Shown here in pieces: positions 39,214 to 48,239 of a stretch of 62,719 nt of DNA. Below the pieces are notes generated by a model. That model had not been told where the DNA came from and did no database searches. It saw nothing but the letters and a program-made list of their open reading frames with translations. The first letter of the stretch is position 1; every line of letters begins with the position of its first letter. Made by a program: the position numbers and the translations under genes. Origin of the DNA: an uncultured Eubacteriales bacterium (lineage in GTDB: Bacteria > Bacillota > Clostridia > Christensenellales > CAG-138); assembly GCA_902797145.1 (NCBI GenBank), contig CADBRR010000007.1, positions 1-62,719 on the forward strand. The letters run 5' to 3'.

Positions 39214-40035
39214 ATGTTCAAAAAAATAGTTAAGTACGCTATAATTGCTCCGCTTGCCTTGATTATGACAGGATGCGGAATTTTCGGCGGTGGAAATAAT
39301 CAACCTTATGTTGACGTTATCGTAACGCCACCACCCACTCCAACGCCCGAACCTACTCCGGAGCCTACACCTACTCCCGATGTCGATCCAACCAAAAAGC
39401 TTATTGCGCTTACGTTTGATGATGGTCCTCGTGTTGAAAGTACGGCTTTAATTCTCGATACGCTTGAAAAATATCATGCAAAAGCTACATTTTTTGTTGT
39501 TGGCAACTGCATTACCAATGATGAACGAAAAGCTAATATGAAACGTGCTGTGGAGCTTGGTTGTGAAATAGGTAATCATTCTTACTCTCACCCCGATGCA
39601 GGCAAGTGGAAGGGTTTAACATACGAAGAGTATTGCGAGCAGATAGATAAAACAAATGAAGCTGTCGAAGCAGTAACCGGAATTAAACCTAAAGTATTCA
39701 GATGTCCGGGCGGTAACCTTACGGACCCGCTCAAGAAAGCATTGCGAGAAAGAAATATGCCGAATATGTATTGGTATATTGATACTCTTGATTGGAGGAA
39801 CAGAGATGTTGAAATGAATGTTGCTTCCGTCCTTGAAAGTGATAGATTGAAAGACGGTGCGATAATCCTTATGCACGATATTCATATGCCAACAGCACAG
39901 GCTTGCGAAAGAATTGTTAAGGGACTTCAAGAAAAGGGATATCAGCTTGTTACAATAAGCGAACTTTTCTCCGCAAAAGGCGTTGAACTTAAAGGCGCAA
40001 CTACATATTATAGTTCGTTTAGTTCAAAGGATTGA
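39214..40035 (+). CDS. CE4 polysaccharide deacetylase lipoprotein
   Basis: Lipobox MTGCG. Pro/Thr linker TPPPTPTPEPTPEPTPTP. NodB motifs LTFDDGP and HSYSHP. Confidence 0.85.
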   Translation: MFKKIVKYAIIAPLALIMTGCGIFGGGNNQPYVDVIVTPPPTPTPEPTPEPTPTPDVDPTKKLIALTFDDGPRVESTALILDTLEKYHAKATFFVVGNCITNDERKANMKRAVELGCEIGNHSYSHPDAGKWKGLTYEEYCEQIDKTNEAVEAVTGIKPKVFRCPGGNLTDPLKKALRERNMPNMYWYIDTLDWRNRDVEMNVASVLESDRLKDGAIILMHDIHMPTAQACERIVKGLQEKGYQLVTISELFSAKGVELKGATTYYSSFSSKD

Positions 40036-40053
40036 TAATTATTATAAACTAAA

Positions 40054-40088
40054 ATACCGAGCAGAAATTATCTGTTCGGTATTTGTTT
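40054..40088. terminator. bidirectional terminator
   Basis: ATACCGAGCAGA-AATT-ATCTGTTCGGTAT followed by TTGTTT. Located between the stops at 40035 and 40099. Confidence 0.6.
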
Positions 40089-40098
40089 ATATTATGAC

Positions 40099-40728
40099 CT
40101 AATCAGTACTATTTTTTGAGTCTTCATTTTCTTCTTCATATTCTAAGTATCTTATATAATTTCTAATTTCAGTAACTACTCTAAAAGCATTAGTCAGCGT
40201 TAAAATAAAAAACACTGGAATTGCAAGCACTATTATATACGCTATTGCTGCTGGTATATCCTTGTTTTTATAGATATAGCTGTTATTTTCAAGATAAAAG
40301 AAATAAAAAATAAACAAACCTATATTAAATATTACTCCCAAAGCATAGCGGATATATGAACTTTTTTTATTAATAAATTTATAGCTTCCATCACTATTTG
40401 CATAAGGATTACTTTCTGGTTCATACGTAACTTCTGACGATTTATATGCGCGAGATGTGCTAATATCATGAACTACTGAAGTGCATTTATTTGAGCCACT
40501 TCGTTCTTGGTTTCGATTCATTCTTTGCGATTCCTCTTCAACTTTGATTTTATATAACAAATCGTTCATATCATCGTTTGATGTATATCCTTGACTACGC
40601 GCACTACCGATAGCATGATTTATATTTACATTTCCGTTCTCATCCACACTATTTTTAACCGCTTCTCTTAATCGTTCTTCTCGCAAACACATTTCCAAAA
40701 AACTCATTTCTTTTTTATCGTTTATCAT
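40099..40728 (-). CDS. hypothetical membrane protein (2 C-terminal TM segments)
   Basis: The ATG at 40728 follows GGAGG. Polar N-terminal half, then YALGVIFNIGLFIFYFFY and AAIAYIIVLAIPVFFILTL. No family recognised. Confidence 0.45.
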   Translation of the reverse strand: MINDKKEMSFLEMCLREERLREAVKNSVDENGNVNINHAIGSARSQGYTSNDDMNDLLYKIKVEEESQRMNRNQERSGSNKCTSVVHDISTSRAYKSSEVTYEPESNPYANSDGSYKFINKKSSYIRYALGVIFNIGLFIFYFFYLENNSYIYKNKDIPAAIAYIIVLAIPVFFILTLTNAFRVVTEIRNYIRYLEYEEENEDSKNSTD

Positions 40729-40753
40729 AATTTTTCCTCCGCATAAAAAATTA

Positions 40754-41305
40754 TTACTCGTCAAATGTTATAGAATCCACCATTTCTTCGATTCGTTCTT
40801 TATTTTTTTCATAATCCATACTTCTCGTAGCAAATCTAAAAAGGTAAAATGCGCCATCATGCTTAAATACATATGCAGTCCATTTGCATGGTATTTCTAC
40901 TCCATCATCGTATTCTAAAATAATTTCATACTGGTATACAGTTATTCCTTTATATTCAGTAAATGTCACTTCGTCACGATATTCAGGCTGTGAATCAATA
41001 ATTGATTGCGCATAGTCATATGTACTACTATAATTGCTTAAGCCAAATTCCTTGAGTTCGCCAATATTCTGCCGACCTACAAAAACTCCCAAATCTCGAT
41101 TTGTATAGTACGCAATAGAACCATTATGATGTTTTTCAATAAAAGAATCGTCAAGCGTAATACTGATACCATCTTTAGTAAACACTTTTTCTTTCACATT
41201 AGCATTATCTCTACCGATAATTATTACTCTGCATCCACTCATAGCTGCACAAATTACAATTATCATCGTAAGAATCATAATTGACATTTTGGACCTTATC
41301 TTCAC
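40754..41305 (-). CDS. hypothetical lipoprotein
   Basis: Signal peptide with AAMSGC lipobox. No recognisable domain. AT-rich, next to IS debris. Confidence 0.45.
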   Translation of the reverse strand: MKIRSKMSIMILTMIIVICAAMSGCRVIIIGRDNANVKEKVFTKDGISITLDDSFIEKHHNGSIAYYTNRDLGVFVGRQNIGELKEFGLSNYSSTYDYAQSIIDSQPEYRDEVTFTEYKGITVYQYEIILEYDDGVEIPCKWTAYVFKHDGAFYLFRFATRSMDYEKNKERIEEMVDSITFDE

Positions 41306-41419
41306 AGCGTTTCACCTCATAATTTATTAGTGGTATTTTATAATAAAAATAGAAATTTGTCAATAATTTTTTATTGATTTATCAAATACTAAAAATTGCA
41401 ATATAAAATGTCCACGAAG

Positions 41420-42250
41420 TTAAGTGACAAATATTTGTTTAAGAAGCATATTAGATGATAGTCCATGAAGTATTCTTCTGGGATAGTTATTTATCCAATT
41501 CTCAATCATCTTAATTCTCTCTAGAGAGAATTTGCGAATATCTGCACCTTTGGGTATAAAACGACGAATGAGTTTATTTGCGTTCTCGTTTGTACCACGT
41601 TTCCATGCACTGTACGGATGCGCATAATAAACCTTTGTCCTTGCTTTTTCAGTAAGGCAAGAGCGCTCTATTCCTTCATAATCAAGATTCTCACAACCAT
41701 TATCACATGTTATCGTTTTGAATGTTTCCCTGAACTTTTTACTCCCCATTTTTCGTTCTAACCTATCAAGTTTTTGTACTACACATTTTTGCGACTTTGA
41801 TGACATCTTAAATATCAGCTCTTGTCTGGTCTTTCGCTCTGTAAGTACAAGTAATACCGCCTTTGTTCCTTGTTTTCCTACTACTGTATCCATCTCCCAA
41901 TGACCATATTCAATCCTATTTTCTACTTCTCTTGGACGCTCGCTTATGCTTGTTCCTTTCCTGTTTGTTATTGCTGTTCGTATATGATGATAGCCTCTCT
42001 TCTTCACTTGCTTTTTTACCGGAAGATCCTTATTTGTCAAATTAGGAAACAGACCCTCATCAATGTAGTTATAAATCGTTTTATAACTGATTTCCGTCTT
42101 AAATTTATCTCTGTTTTGTTATATTTCCTCTGCTACTGCATATGGTGATTTCTTCCCATAATTGATTTCTTTCTCTATGAAATCTACCAACTCATAGTCT
42201 TTTGCTATCTTTAATCCCGGTCCTTTACCTGTCCCGTTATAATCGTGCTT
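41420..42250 (-). pseudogene. IS30-family transposase pseudogene
   Basis: DDE core HWEMDTV ... ITCDNGCEN ... YYAHPYSAWKRGTNENANKLIRRFIPKG. An in-frame TAA at 42119-42121 separates it from the upstream ...KKSPYAVAEEI segment. The N-terminal HTH region is absent. Confidence 0.8.
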
Positions 42251-42339
42251 TAAAGTGTACAACAAGTCAATTACAAATTTAATTTTAGTGTAAAGTTTTT
42301 CAAAACTTATGATATAATATTTTTACTCAATGAAGGATA

Positions 42340-42768
42340 AGGCAACGCTGAGGAGCGACCTGAGCGCAAGTTGGGTTGGGGAGGCAGTGTATCGTTAGAT
42401 ATCCTGCCATTTTGTTACTGCTAAAGCATTACCTACTACGTCTTCTGCTGACTTCTCACAGTTCGTAGTTACTACGGTCAATGAGACCGTCTGTGAGGCC
42501 TCACGAAATAAGCTTGGCAGTCTATCATCATTTATTTGTCTTATTTACATCTATGGGTACGGTTGTCTTTTGGACTTAACTGCTTTTACCCAGATTATCC
42601 AACGCAAACGCCTTTATATCAGGTTTCAATTCGTCAGGCTACGATTTCGATATTTCTTCTTCTCGCCTACACCTCACGGTATAAACCTTAGGAGTCGCTA
42701 TGGGTTCGTCAGCAACTACGCCCTTTGTGGACTTTCAGCACAACAGACTGACGGCATGCCCGTCATAC
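42340..42768 (-). ncRNA. group IIC intron-like RNA, ORF-less or 3'-degenerate
   Basis: Begins GTATGACGGGCATGCCGTCAGTCTGTTGTGCTGAAAGTCC immediately after the rplQ terminator T-run. Later segments include GAGAAGTCAGCAGAAGACGTAGTAGG and AGACTG (42516-42525, pairing with 5' CAGTCT). These resemble the class C intron domain I-III sequence as I recall it. No RT ORF is present. Confidence 0.55.
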
Positions 42769-42769
42769 T

Positions 42770-42802
42770 AAAAAAACGGCATATCCTTTCGGACACGCCG
42801 TT
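42770..42802 (-). terminator. intrinsic terminator of the alpha operon (after rplQ)
   Basis: Minus strand AACGGCGTGTCC-GAAA-GGATATGCCGTT followed by TTTTTTT. 21 nt after the rplQ stop. Confidence 0.8.
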
Positions 42803-42823
42803 ATGAACATAAGAATTTTCTGA

Positions 42824-43318
42824 TTAGATAAGCTCGATAATGCACATTTCAGCTGCGTCACCACGACGGGGACCAAGCTTCATCATGCGAGTATAACCGC
42901 CCTTACGGCCTTCATACTTAGGAGCGAGTTCACGGAACAACTTCTCAACTACAGGATATCTTACATCACCTGTACGCTCTTTATATTCGCTTCTTGATTC
43001 ATCTTCAAGCTTGGGAGCGGGCATATCCTGGAGATAATTCATGATAAGTCTACGAGCATGGAGCTTGCTAGGCATATCGTTCTGAACTTCAACTTCTACT
43101 ATCTGATCTAATTCGTTACGAGTCTTCTTAGTAACTGTAACTGTATTTTTATATTCCTGTGCTGCAATAGTAATCAACTTTTCAACGATTGAACGAACTT
43201 CCTTTGCACGAGCTTCAGTTGTTACGATTTTGCCGTTCCAAATGAGAGCTGTTGTAAGGTTGCGAAGCATCGATTTACGCTGATCGGTCGGCTTACCCAA
43301 TTTACGATTACTTGGCAT
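42824..43318 (-). CDS. rplQ: 50S ribosomal protein L17 (with internal insertion)
   Basis: [23 protein letters not shown]...[12 protein letters not shown]-like start and [15 protein letters not shown] end. At 164 aa it is longer than typical bL17. Confidence 0.93.
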   Translation of the reverse strand: MPSNRKLGKPTDQRKSMLRNLTTALIWNGKIVTTEARAKEVRSIVEKLITIAAQEYKNTVTVTKKTRNELDQIVEVEVQNDMPSKLHARRLIMNYLQDMPAPKLEDESRSEYKERTGDVRYPVVEKLFRELAPKYEGRKGGYTRMMKLGPRRGDAAEMCIIELI

Positions 43319-43336
43319 CTGATTATCCTCCTTACA

Positions 43337-44359
43337 TTAATTATCATCGCTTTGCTTAAGTGAGAGACCTAATGCTGCGAGTTTCTGTATAACTTCCTCA
43401 AGTGATTTCCTACCGAGGTTACGTACTTTCATCATATCATCCTCATTGCGTTCTGTCAAAGCCTTTACGGTATTGATACCTGCACGCTTGAGGCAATTGA
43501 ACGATCTGACTGAGAGGTCAAGGTCTTCGATAGTCATATCAAGTACTTTACCGTTTGAATCCTCTTCCTTCTCTGCCATTACTGCTATGCCCTGAACATT
43601 ATCTGTGAGGTTAAGGAACAATGCAAGATGTTCTGTCATTATCTTTGCAGCGTAGCTAATTGCTGCATCAGGTGAAATACTGCCATCAGTCCACACTTCA
43701 AGTGTAAGCTGGTCATATGCTAACGACTGACCTACACGAGCAGGGTCAACTTTGAAATTAACCTTGCGGATAGGTGTGAAGATTGAATCGATTGCAATTT
43801 CACCAATAGGCATATCCTGATTTTCAGGCTTATTCTTATCTGACGGAACATAACCACGACCACGAGTCATCTTCATTTCCATATTAAGATGAGCACCTTC
43901 ACCAAGTGTTGCAATGTGCAAATCCTTGTTGACAATCCTAATTCTCGGATCAACAACTATGTCACCCGCTGTTACTTCACAAGGACCAACTGCATTGATT
44001 GAAGCAGGAATTCTATCATCAAGAAAGCTCTGCTTATCAGCTATTGCAATTTCAGATACTTCACCTTCGCCATCTGATGACTGGTCAACAGTTGCACATA
44101 CTTCCTTCAAGTTAAGTATGATTTCTGTTACGTCTTCTTTTACACCTTCAACTGTCGAAAATTCATGTACCACACCATCAATCTTAACAGAACATATTGC
44201 TATACCACCAAGTGATGAAAGCAATACTCTGCGAAGCGAATTACCTATTGTTGCACCAAATCCTCTTTCAAGTGGCCCTATAACATACTTCGCATAGTTC
44301 GGATCTCTATTTTCGGTTACATTTATTTTTTCGATATTCGGTCTTTGCATTTCTAACAT
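43337..44359 (-). CDS. rpoA: DNA-directed RNA polymerase alpha subunit
   Basis: [23 protein letters not shown] and the C-terminal domain [16 protein letters not shown]. The ATG at 44359 follows GAGGGGG. Confidence 0.95.
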   Translation of the reverse strand: MLEMQRPNIEKINVTENRDPNYAKYVIGPLERGFGATIGNSLRRVLLSSLGGIAICSVKIDGVVHEFSTVEGVKEDVTEIILNLKEVCATVDQSSDGEGEVSEIAIADKQSFLDDRIPASINAVGPCEVTAGDIVVDPRIRIVNKDLHIATLGEGAHLNMEMKMTRGRGYVPSDKNKPENQDMPIGEIAIDSIFTPIRKVNFKVDPARVGQSLAYDQLTLEVWTDGSISPDAAISYAAKIMTEHLALFLNLTDNVQGIAVMAEKEEDSNGKVLDMTIEDLDLSVRSFNCLKRAGINTVKALTERNEDDMMKVRNLGRKSLEEVIQKLAALGLSLKQSDDN

Positions 44360-44417
44360 ATCTTTGTTCCCCCTCAAATTATTTTCTGCCGAGCAGGGCA
44401 TTTTTTAAAGCTTACTA

Positions 44418-45020
44418 TCACCTTGAATAGAATTCGACGATGAGATGTTCTTCAACATCAAAGTCGATATCATCACGCTGAGGTGCTGCTATAACACGAC
44501 CTGTAAGGTTTTCAGCGTCAAGTTCAAGCCACTTTGCTACGGGACCTGCAGGACCCTGTTCACGAAGCTCTTTAAGTACAGGTATTTCTCTGCTCTTTTC
44601 ACGAACTGATACTACCTGACCAGGCTTTACAAGGTATGATGCAATGTCAACTTTCTTGCCATCAACAAGAATATGACCATGATTAACCATCTGACGAGCC
44701 ATTGCACGTGTTGTGCCGAAGCCAAGACGATATGCTACGTTATCAAGTCTCGATTCAAGTATGCTCAAAAGGTTTTCGCCTGTCTGACCTGAACGGTTTT
44801 GTGCCATTTCAAAGTAATTTCTGAACTGACGTTCCATTACACCATAGATGAATCTAACCTTCTGCTTTTCCTGCAACTGAATACCGTATTCAGACTGCTT
44901 ACGGCGGTGCATCTGTCCCTTAGGTGTACGATTTGTTGTCTTCTTAGCGTAGCCAAGAGTAGCAGGCGATATGCCCAATGTTTTACAACGCTTAGCGATA
45001 GGCTGGAAATTTCTTGCCAT
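44418..45020 (-). CDS. rpsD: 30S ribosomal protein S4
   Basis: SEYGIQLQEKQKVRFIYG..., RLDNVAYRLGF, VNHGHILVDGKKV. Confidence 0.96.
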   Translation of the reverse strand: MARNFQPIAKRCKTLGISPATLGYAKKTTNRTPKGQMHRRKQSEYGIQLQEKQKVRFIYGVMERQFRNYFEMAQNRSGQTGENLLSILESRLDNVAYRLGFGTTRAMARQMVNHGHILVDGKKVDIASYLVKPGQVVSVREKSREIPVLKELREQGPAGPVAKWLELDAENLTGRVIAAPQRDDIDFDVEEHLIVEFYSR

Positions 45021-45034
45021 AATACTCTACCTCC

Positions 45035-45442
45035 TTATACTCTTCTGCGCTTTGGCGGACGGCATCCGTTATGCGGGATGGGTGTTACATCTTTAATCAT
45101 GTTTACTTCGAGACCTGCTGACTGCAAAGCACGAATTGCTGCTTCACGGCCTGAACCCGGACCCTTTACATATACTTCAACTGTCTTAAGTCCATGTTCC
45201 ATTGCTGCCTTTGCTGCTGTTTCTGCTGCCATCTGTGCTGCGAACGGTGTTGACTTTCTTGATCCTCTGAAGCCAAGACCACCTGCTGATGCCCATGAAA
45301 GTGCATTGCCCTGGAGATCTGTGATTGTTACCATTGTATTGTTGAAGGACGAACGAATATGTGCTGCGCCACGCTCGATGTTTTTCTTCTCACGGCGCTT
45401 GCGTGTTCCGGCCTTCTTAGCTTTTCCTTTTGCTGCTGCCAT
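45035..45442 (-). CDS. rpsK: 30S ribosomal protein S11
   Basis: [16 protein letters not shown]..., [32 protein letters not shown]. Confidence 0.97.
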   Translation of the reverse strand: MAAAKGKAKKAGTRKRREKKNIERGAAHIRSSFNNTMVTITDLQGNALSWASAGGLGFRGSRKSTPFAAQMAAETAAKAAMEHGLKTVEVYVKGPGSGREAAIRALQSAGLEVNMIKDVTPIPHNGCRPPKRRRV

Positions 45443-45459
45443 TTTCGCTTATCCTCCTT

Positions 45460-45828
45460 TTACTTTTTCTTTGTGCTTACTGAACGCTTCGGACCCTTAC
45501 GTGTACGTGCATTCTGCTTTGTGCTCTGTCCTCTTACGGGAAGTCCTTTACGATGACGAACACCGCGATAGCAACCGATTTCTACGAGTCGCTTAATATT
45601 CATTGAAGTTTCCCTACGAAGGTCGCCTTCTACTTTTACATTGTGGTCAATATACTCTCTGAGCTTATTGACATCTTCCTCTGAAAGATCCCTTACTCTA
45701 ATGTCAGGATCAACGCCTGTTGCGCTGAGGATATCCGATGCTGTCTTACGGCCAATACCATAGATGTATGTAAGGCCAATCTCGACGCGTTTTTCTCTGG
45801 GCAAGTCTACACCCGAAATACGTGCCAT
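45460..45828 (-). CDS. rpsM: 30S ribosomal protein S13
   Basis: [26 protein letters not shown]...[15 protein letters not shown]. Confidence 0.97.
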   Translation of the reverse strand: MARISGVDLPREKRVEIGLTYIYGIGRKTASDILSATGVDPDIRVRDLSEEDVNKLREYIDHNVKVEGDLRRETSMNIKRLVEIGCYRGVRHRKGLPVRGQSTKQNARTRKGPKRSVSTKKK

Positions 45829-45996
45829 AATTTTTAATCCTCCATTAAATTCGTTTAATCAAATTTTTTCTGAAATCACATCGGTTCTCTTTATTTTTCA
45901 ATATCGAGCAGCCGCACCGATGCGTGTTCGCTTATCGTTTGTCGGAGTGAAGTGAATACAAACGATAATATTGCCAAGCAGCACTTTTAGGACTTA

Positions 45997-46110
45997 TTAG
46001 CCCTGCTTCTGCTTATGCTTAGGATTTTCGCAAATAACCATTATACGACCCTTGCGCTTAATGATTTTGCACTTTTCACAAATGGGTTTTACTGAAGGTC
46101 TTACTTTCAT
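45997..46110 (-). CDS. rpmJ: 50S ribosomal protein L36
   Basis: Not in the ORF track (37 aa). My translation is [37 protein letters not shown], with GGAGGAAAAATCA upstream. Confidence 0.93.
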   Translation of the reverse strand: MKVRPSVKPICEKCKIIKRKGRIMVICENPKHKQKQG

Positions 46111-46204
46111 TGATTTTTCCTCCTTCTGCATGATAGCCTTTCATGCTATTTGTGCACATTTAAATTGCCATTTGGATCTAATCACCTATAAATCCAATAA
46201 GTCA

Positions 46205-46426
46205 TCAGTTTTTAGCACGCCATGTAATGCGGCCACGAGTCAAATCATAGGGGGACAGTTCTACTGTCACCTTATCCCCGGGAAGTATGCGTATAAAATT
46301 CATACGCAGTTTACCGGATATGTGAGCCAATATCTTCAGTCCGTTCTCAAGCTCTACCTGAAATTTTGCATCAGGATATGCTTCCAATACCGTACCTGAA
46401 ACTTCGATTACATCTTCCTTCGACAA
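46205..46426 (-). CDS. infA: translation initiation factor IF-1
   Basis: [28 protein letters not shown]...[18 protein letters not shown] start at 46424-46426 lies 7 nt after AGGAGGGG. The ORF-track ATG lies inside that SD. Confidence 0.93.
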   Translation of the reverse strand: MSKEDVIEVSGTVLEAYPDAKFQVELENGLKILAHISGKLRMNFIRILPGDKVTVELSPYDLTRGRITWRAKN

Positions 46427-46489
46427 GGTTATACCCCTCCTCAATTCTTATGTCTTATCATTTTTGTTTCCAAGATATAATCATTTTCC

Positions 46490-46801
46490 CTAATCATCAC
46501 CATTTCCACTCTCGCTTCCATTGCTATGATTACTCTGATTAAATCCCATATTAGTCAGGCAGCTTCGTATTTCAGCATCAAATACTTGCTTACCTTCTTC
46601 GATTTTCTGTCTTATTCCATCGGCGCATTCTTGATGAATTTTTAAATGCTTTATCTTTTTGAGCTTTGGTTTTACAAGCTTTCTTAATATCCCATCACAG
46701 ATATAAACATAGTTTTCATCTATATTTCCTACTATAATAAAGCTTCTTCCCGCATCTCTACCCTTCACCGATGTAGCAATACGACCTATCAACCTATCCA
46801 T
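46490..46801 (-). CDS. KOW-domain RNA-binding protein
   Basis: GRIATSVKGRDAGRSFIIVG...YVYICDG. Occupies the conserved slot between map and infA in Firmicutes. Confidence 0.7.
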   Translation of the reverse strand: MDRLIGRIATSVKGRDAGRSFIIVGNIDENYVYICDGILRKLVKPKLKKIKHLKIHQECADGIRQKIEEGKQVFDAEIRSCLTNMGFNQSNHSNGSESGNGDD

Positions 46802-46810
46802 TATACTACC

Positions 46811-47566
46811 TCAAATGGACAATGTCAATAGTTTCGGACCATTATCTGTAATTGCAATTGTATTTTCGTAATGAGCGCTCGGTTTTCCGTCACGAGTTAC
46901 GACTGTCCAGCCATCGCTAAGTGAATATACTTCTCTTGTACCTAAATTTATCATAGGTTCGATTGCTATTGTCATACCTGCAACGAGCCTTGCCCCTCTT
47001 CCGTGTCGTCTATCTACATAGTTAGGAACTTCAGGTGCTTCGTGCATAGCTCTGCCAATGCCATGACCTACGAGTTCCCTTACGACACCATAACCATGCA
47101 TTTCTGCATGGGTCTGAATAGCTCTTGCAATATCTTCAAGATGATTTCCCGGAACAGCCTGTTCCATTCCTTTAAAGAAACACTCACGAGTTACGTCTAC
47201 GAGTTTCTTTACATCATCACTTACATTTCCTACAAGGAAAGTTCTTGCAGCGTCACCATGCCATCCATTAAGTATTGCGCCTACATCGCAGCTTACGATA
47301 TCACCATCTTTTATTCTATAATTTCCGGGAATACCATGAACAACCTGCTGATTTACTGAAGTGCAAATGCTCTTAGGATAACCATTATAATTCAAGAACG
47401 ATGGTATAGCGCCCTTACTTCTGATAAAGTCATCGGCTGCCTTATTCAATTCTTTTGTTGTGACACCTGCTTTACACATTGCACCGAGCATTTCGAGAGT
47501 TTCCTCTACAACATGCCCAGCTTTTTTCATCAAATCTATTTCAGCTGGAGATTTTATTGTAATCAT
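46811..47566 (-). CDS. map: type I methionine aminopeptidase
   Basis: VHGIPG..., DIVSCDVGA, GDAARTF, VGHGIG, AIEPMI metal-ligand blocks. Confidence 0.95.
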   Translation of the reverse strand: MITIKSPAEIDLMKKAGHVVEETLEMLGAMCKAGVTTKELNKAADDFIRSKGAIPSFLNYNGYPKSICTSVNQQVVHGIPGNYRIKDGDIVSCDVGAILNGWHGDAARTFLVGNVSDDVKKLVDVTRECFFKGMEQAVPGNHLEDIARAIQTHAEMHGYGVVRELVGHGIGRAMHEAPEVPNYVDRRHGRGARLVAGMTIAIEPMINLGTREVYSLSDGWTVVTRDGKPSAHYENTIAITDNGPKLLTLSI

Positions 47567-48192
47567 TTGTTATTACCTCCAATATTTTTAATAATATTCT
47601 CCGTAACAACATCAATAGTCTGAGCTCCGTCGATATCAACGATAATGCCTTTCTTTCTATAGAAATCAAGTATATCACCGAATTCCTCTTCGTAGATCTC
47701 AAACCTTTTTCTTGCAGTTTCAATTTTATCATCTTCCCTTATATAGAGTTTTGCACCGCAATCGGGGCATATCTCTGATGAAAGATGCGATATATGATAG
47801 CTCTTACCACATCCAGAACACATTCTTCTACCTGAAATTCTTTCAAGCAACAAATCATGTGGGGCATCAATATTAACTACCATATCAATATCTGTTATAG
47901 ATTCAAGTGCAATTGCTTGATTGATGGTTCTTGGAAAACCGTCAAGAAGGAATCCCTTCTTACAATCAGGCACATCCAGCCTTTCTTTTATCATCTCGAT
48001 AATTAAATTATCAGGGACGAGCTTTCCCTGCGATGTATAACCTTTTGCTACATGACCAAGCTCAGTATCGTTTCTGAGTTCTTCTCGCAGAAGCTCGCCC
48101 GTTGATATATGAGGTATATCGAGAATATCGCATATCCTTACCGCCTGGGTGCCTTTTCCAACACCCGGCGGGCCCAAGAATATCAATTTCAT
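47563..48192 (-). CDS. adk: adenylate kinase (zinc-lid type)
   Basis: GPPGVGKGTQA P-loop and lid CSGCGKSYH...CPDCG. 4-nt overlap with map. Confidence 0.96.
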   Translation of the reverse strand: MKLIFLGPPGVGKGTQAVRICDILDIPHISTGELLREELRNDTELGHVAKGYTSQGKLVPDNLIIEMIKERLDVPDCKKGFLLDGFPRTINQAIALESITDIDMVVNIDAPHDLLLERISGRRMCSGCGKSYHISHLSSEICPDCGAKLYIREDDKIETARKRFEIYEEEFGDILDFYRKKGIIVDIDGAQTIDVVTENIIKNIGGNNK

Positions 48193-48239
48193 ATCAATTT
48201 GCCTCTAAATTTTTTAATATTCTCTGCTTAATTCGCACA

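Noticed and set aside
39325-39385. Repetitive CCAACGCCCGAACCTACTCCGGAGCCTACACCTACTCCC stretch, considered as a tandem DNA repeat or VNTR
   Set aside because: It encodes an in-frame Pro/Thr/Glu linker (TPPPTPTPEPTPEPTPTP) between the lipobox and the CE4 domain. This is an ordinary low-complexity linker, not an array.
42340-42768. The structured GC-richer region could have been RNase P RNA, tmRNA or SRP RNA
   Set aside because: GAAAGTCC is present, but the rest of the RNase P core (for example the ACAGAA...GGCTTA 3' block) is absent. There is no tRNA-like GGTTCGA...CCA end for tmRNA and no SRP domain IV motif. The 5' GTATG start right after a terminator and the matches to class C intron segments fit better.
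44799-45596. 265-aa plus-strand ORF spanning rpsD, rpsK and rpsM
   Set aside because: It is antisense to three strongly supported ribosomal protein genes. The translation is low-complexity (Leu/Ser/Arg/Cys-rich) with no SD. This is a typical shadow ORF.
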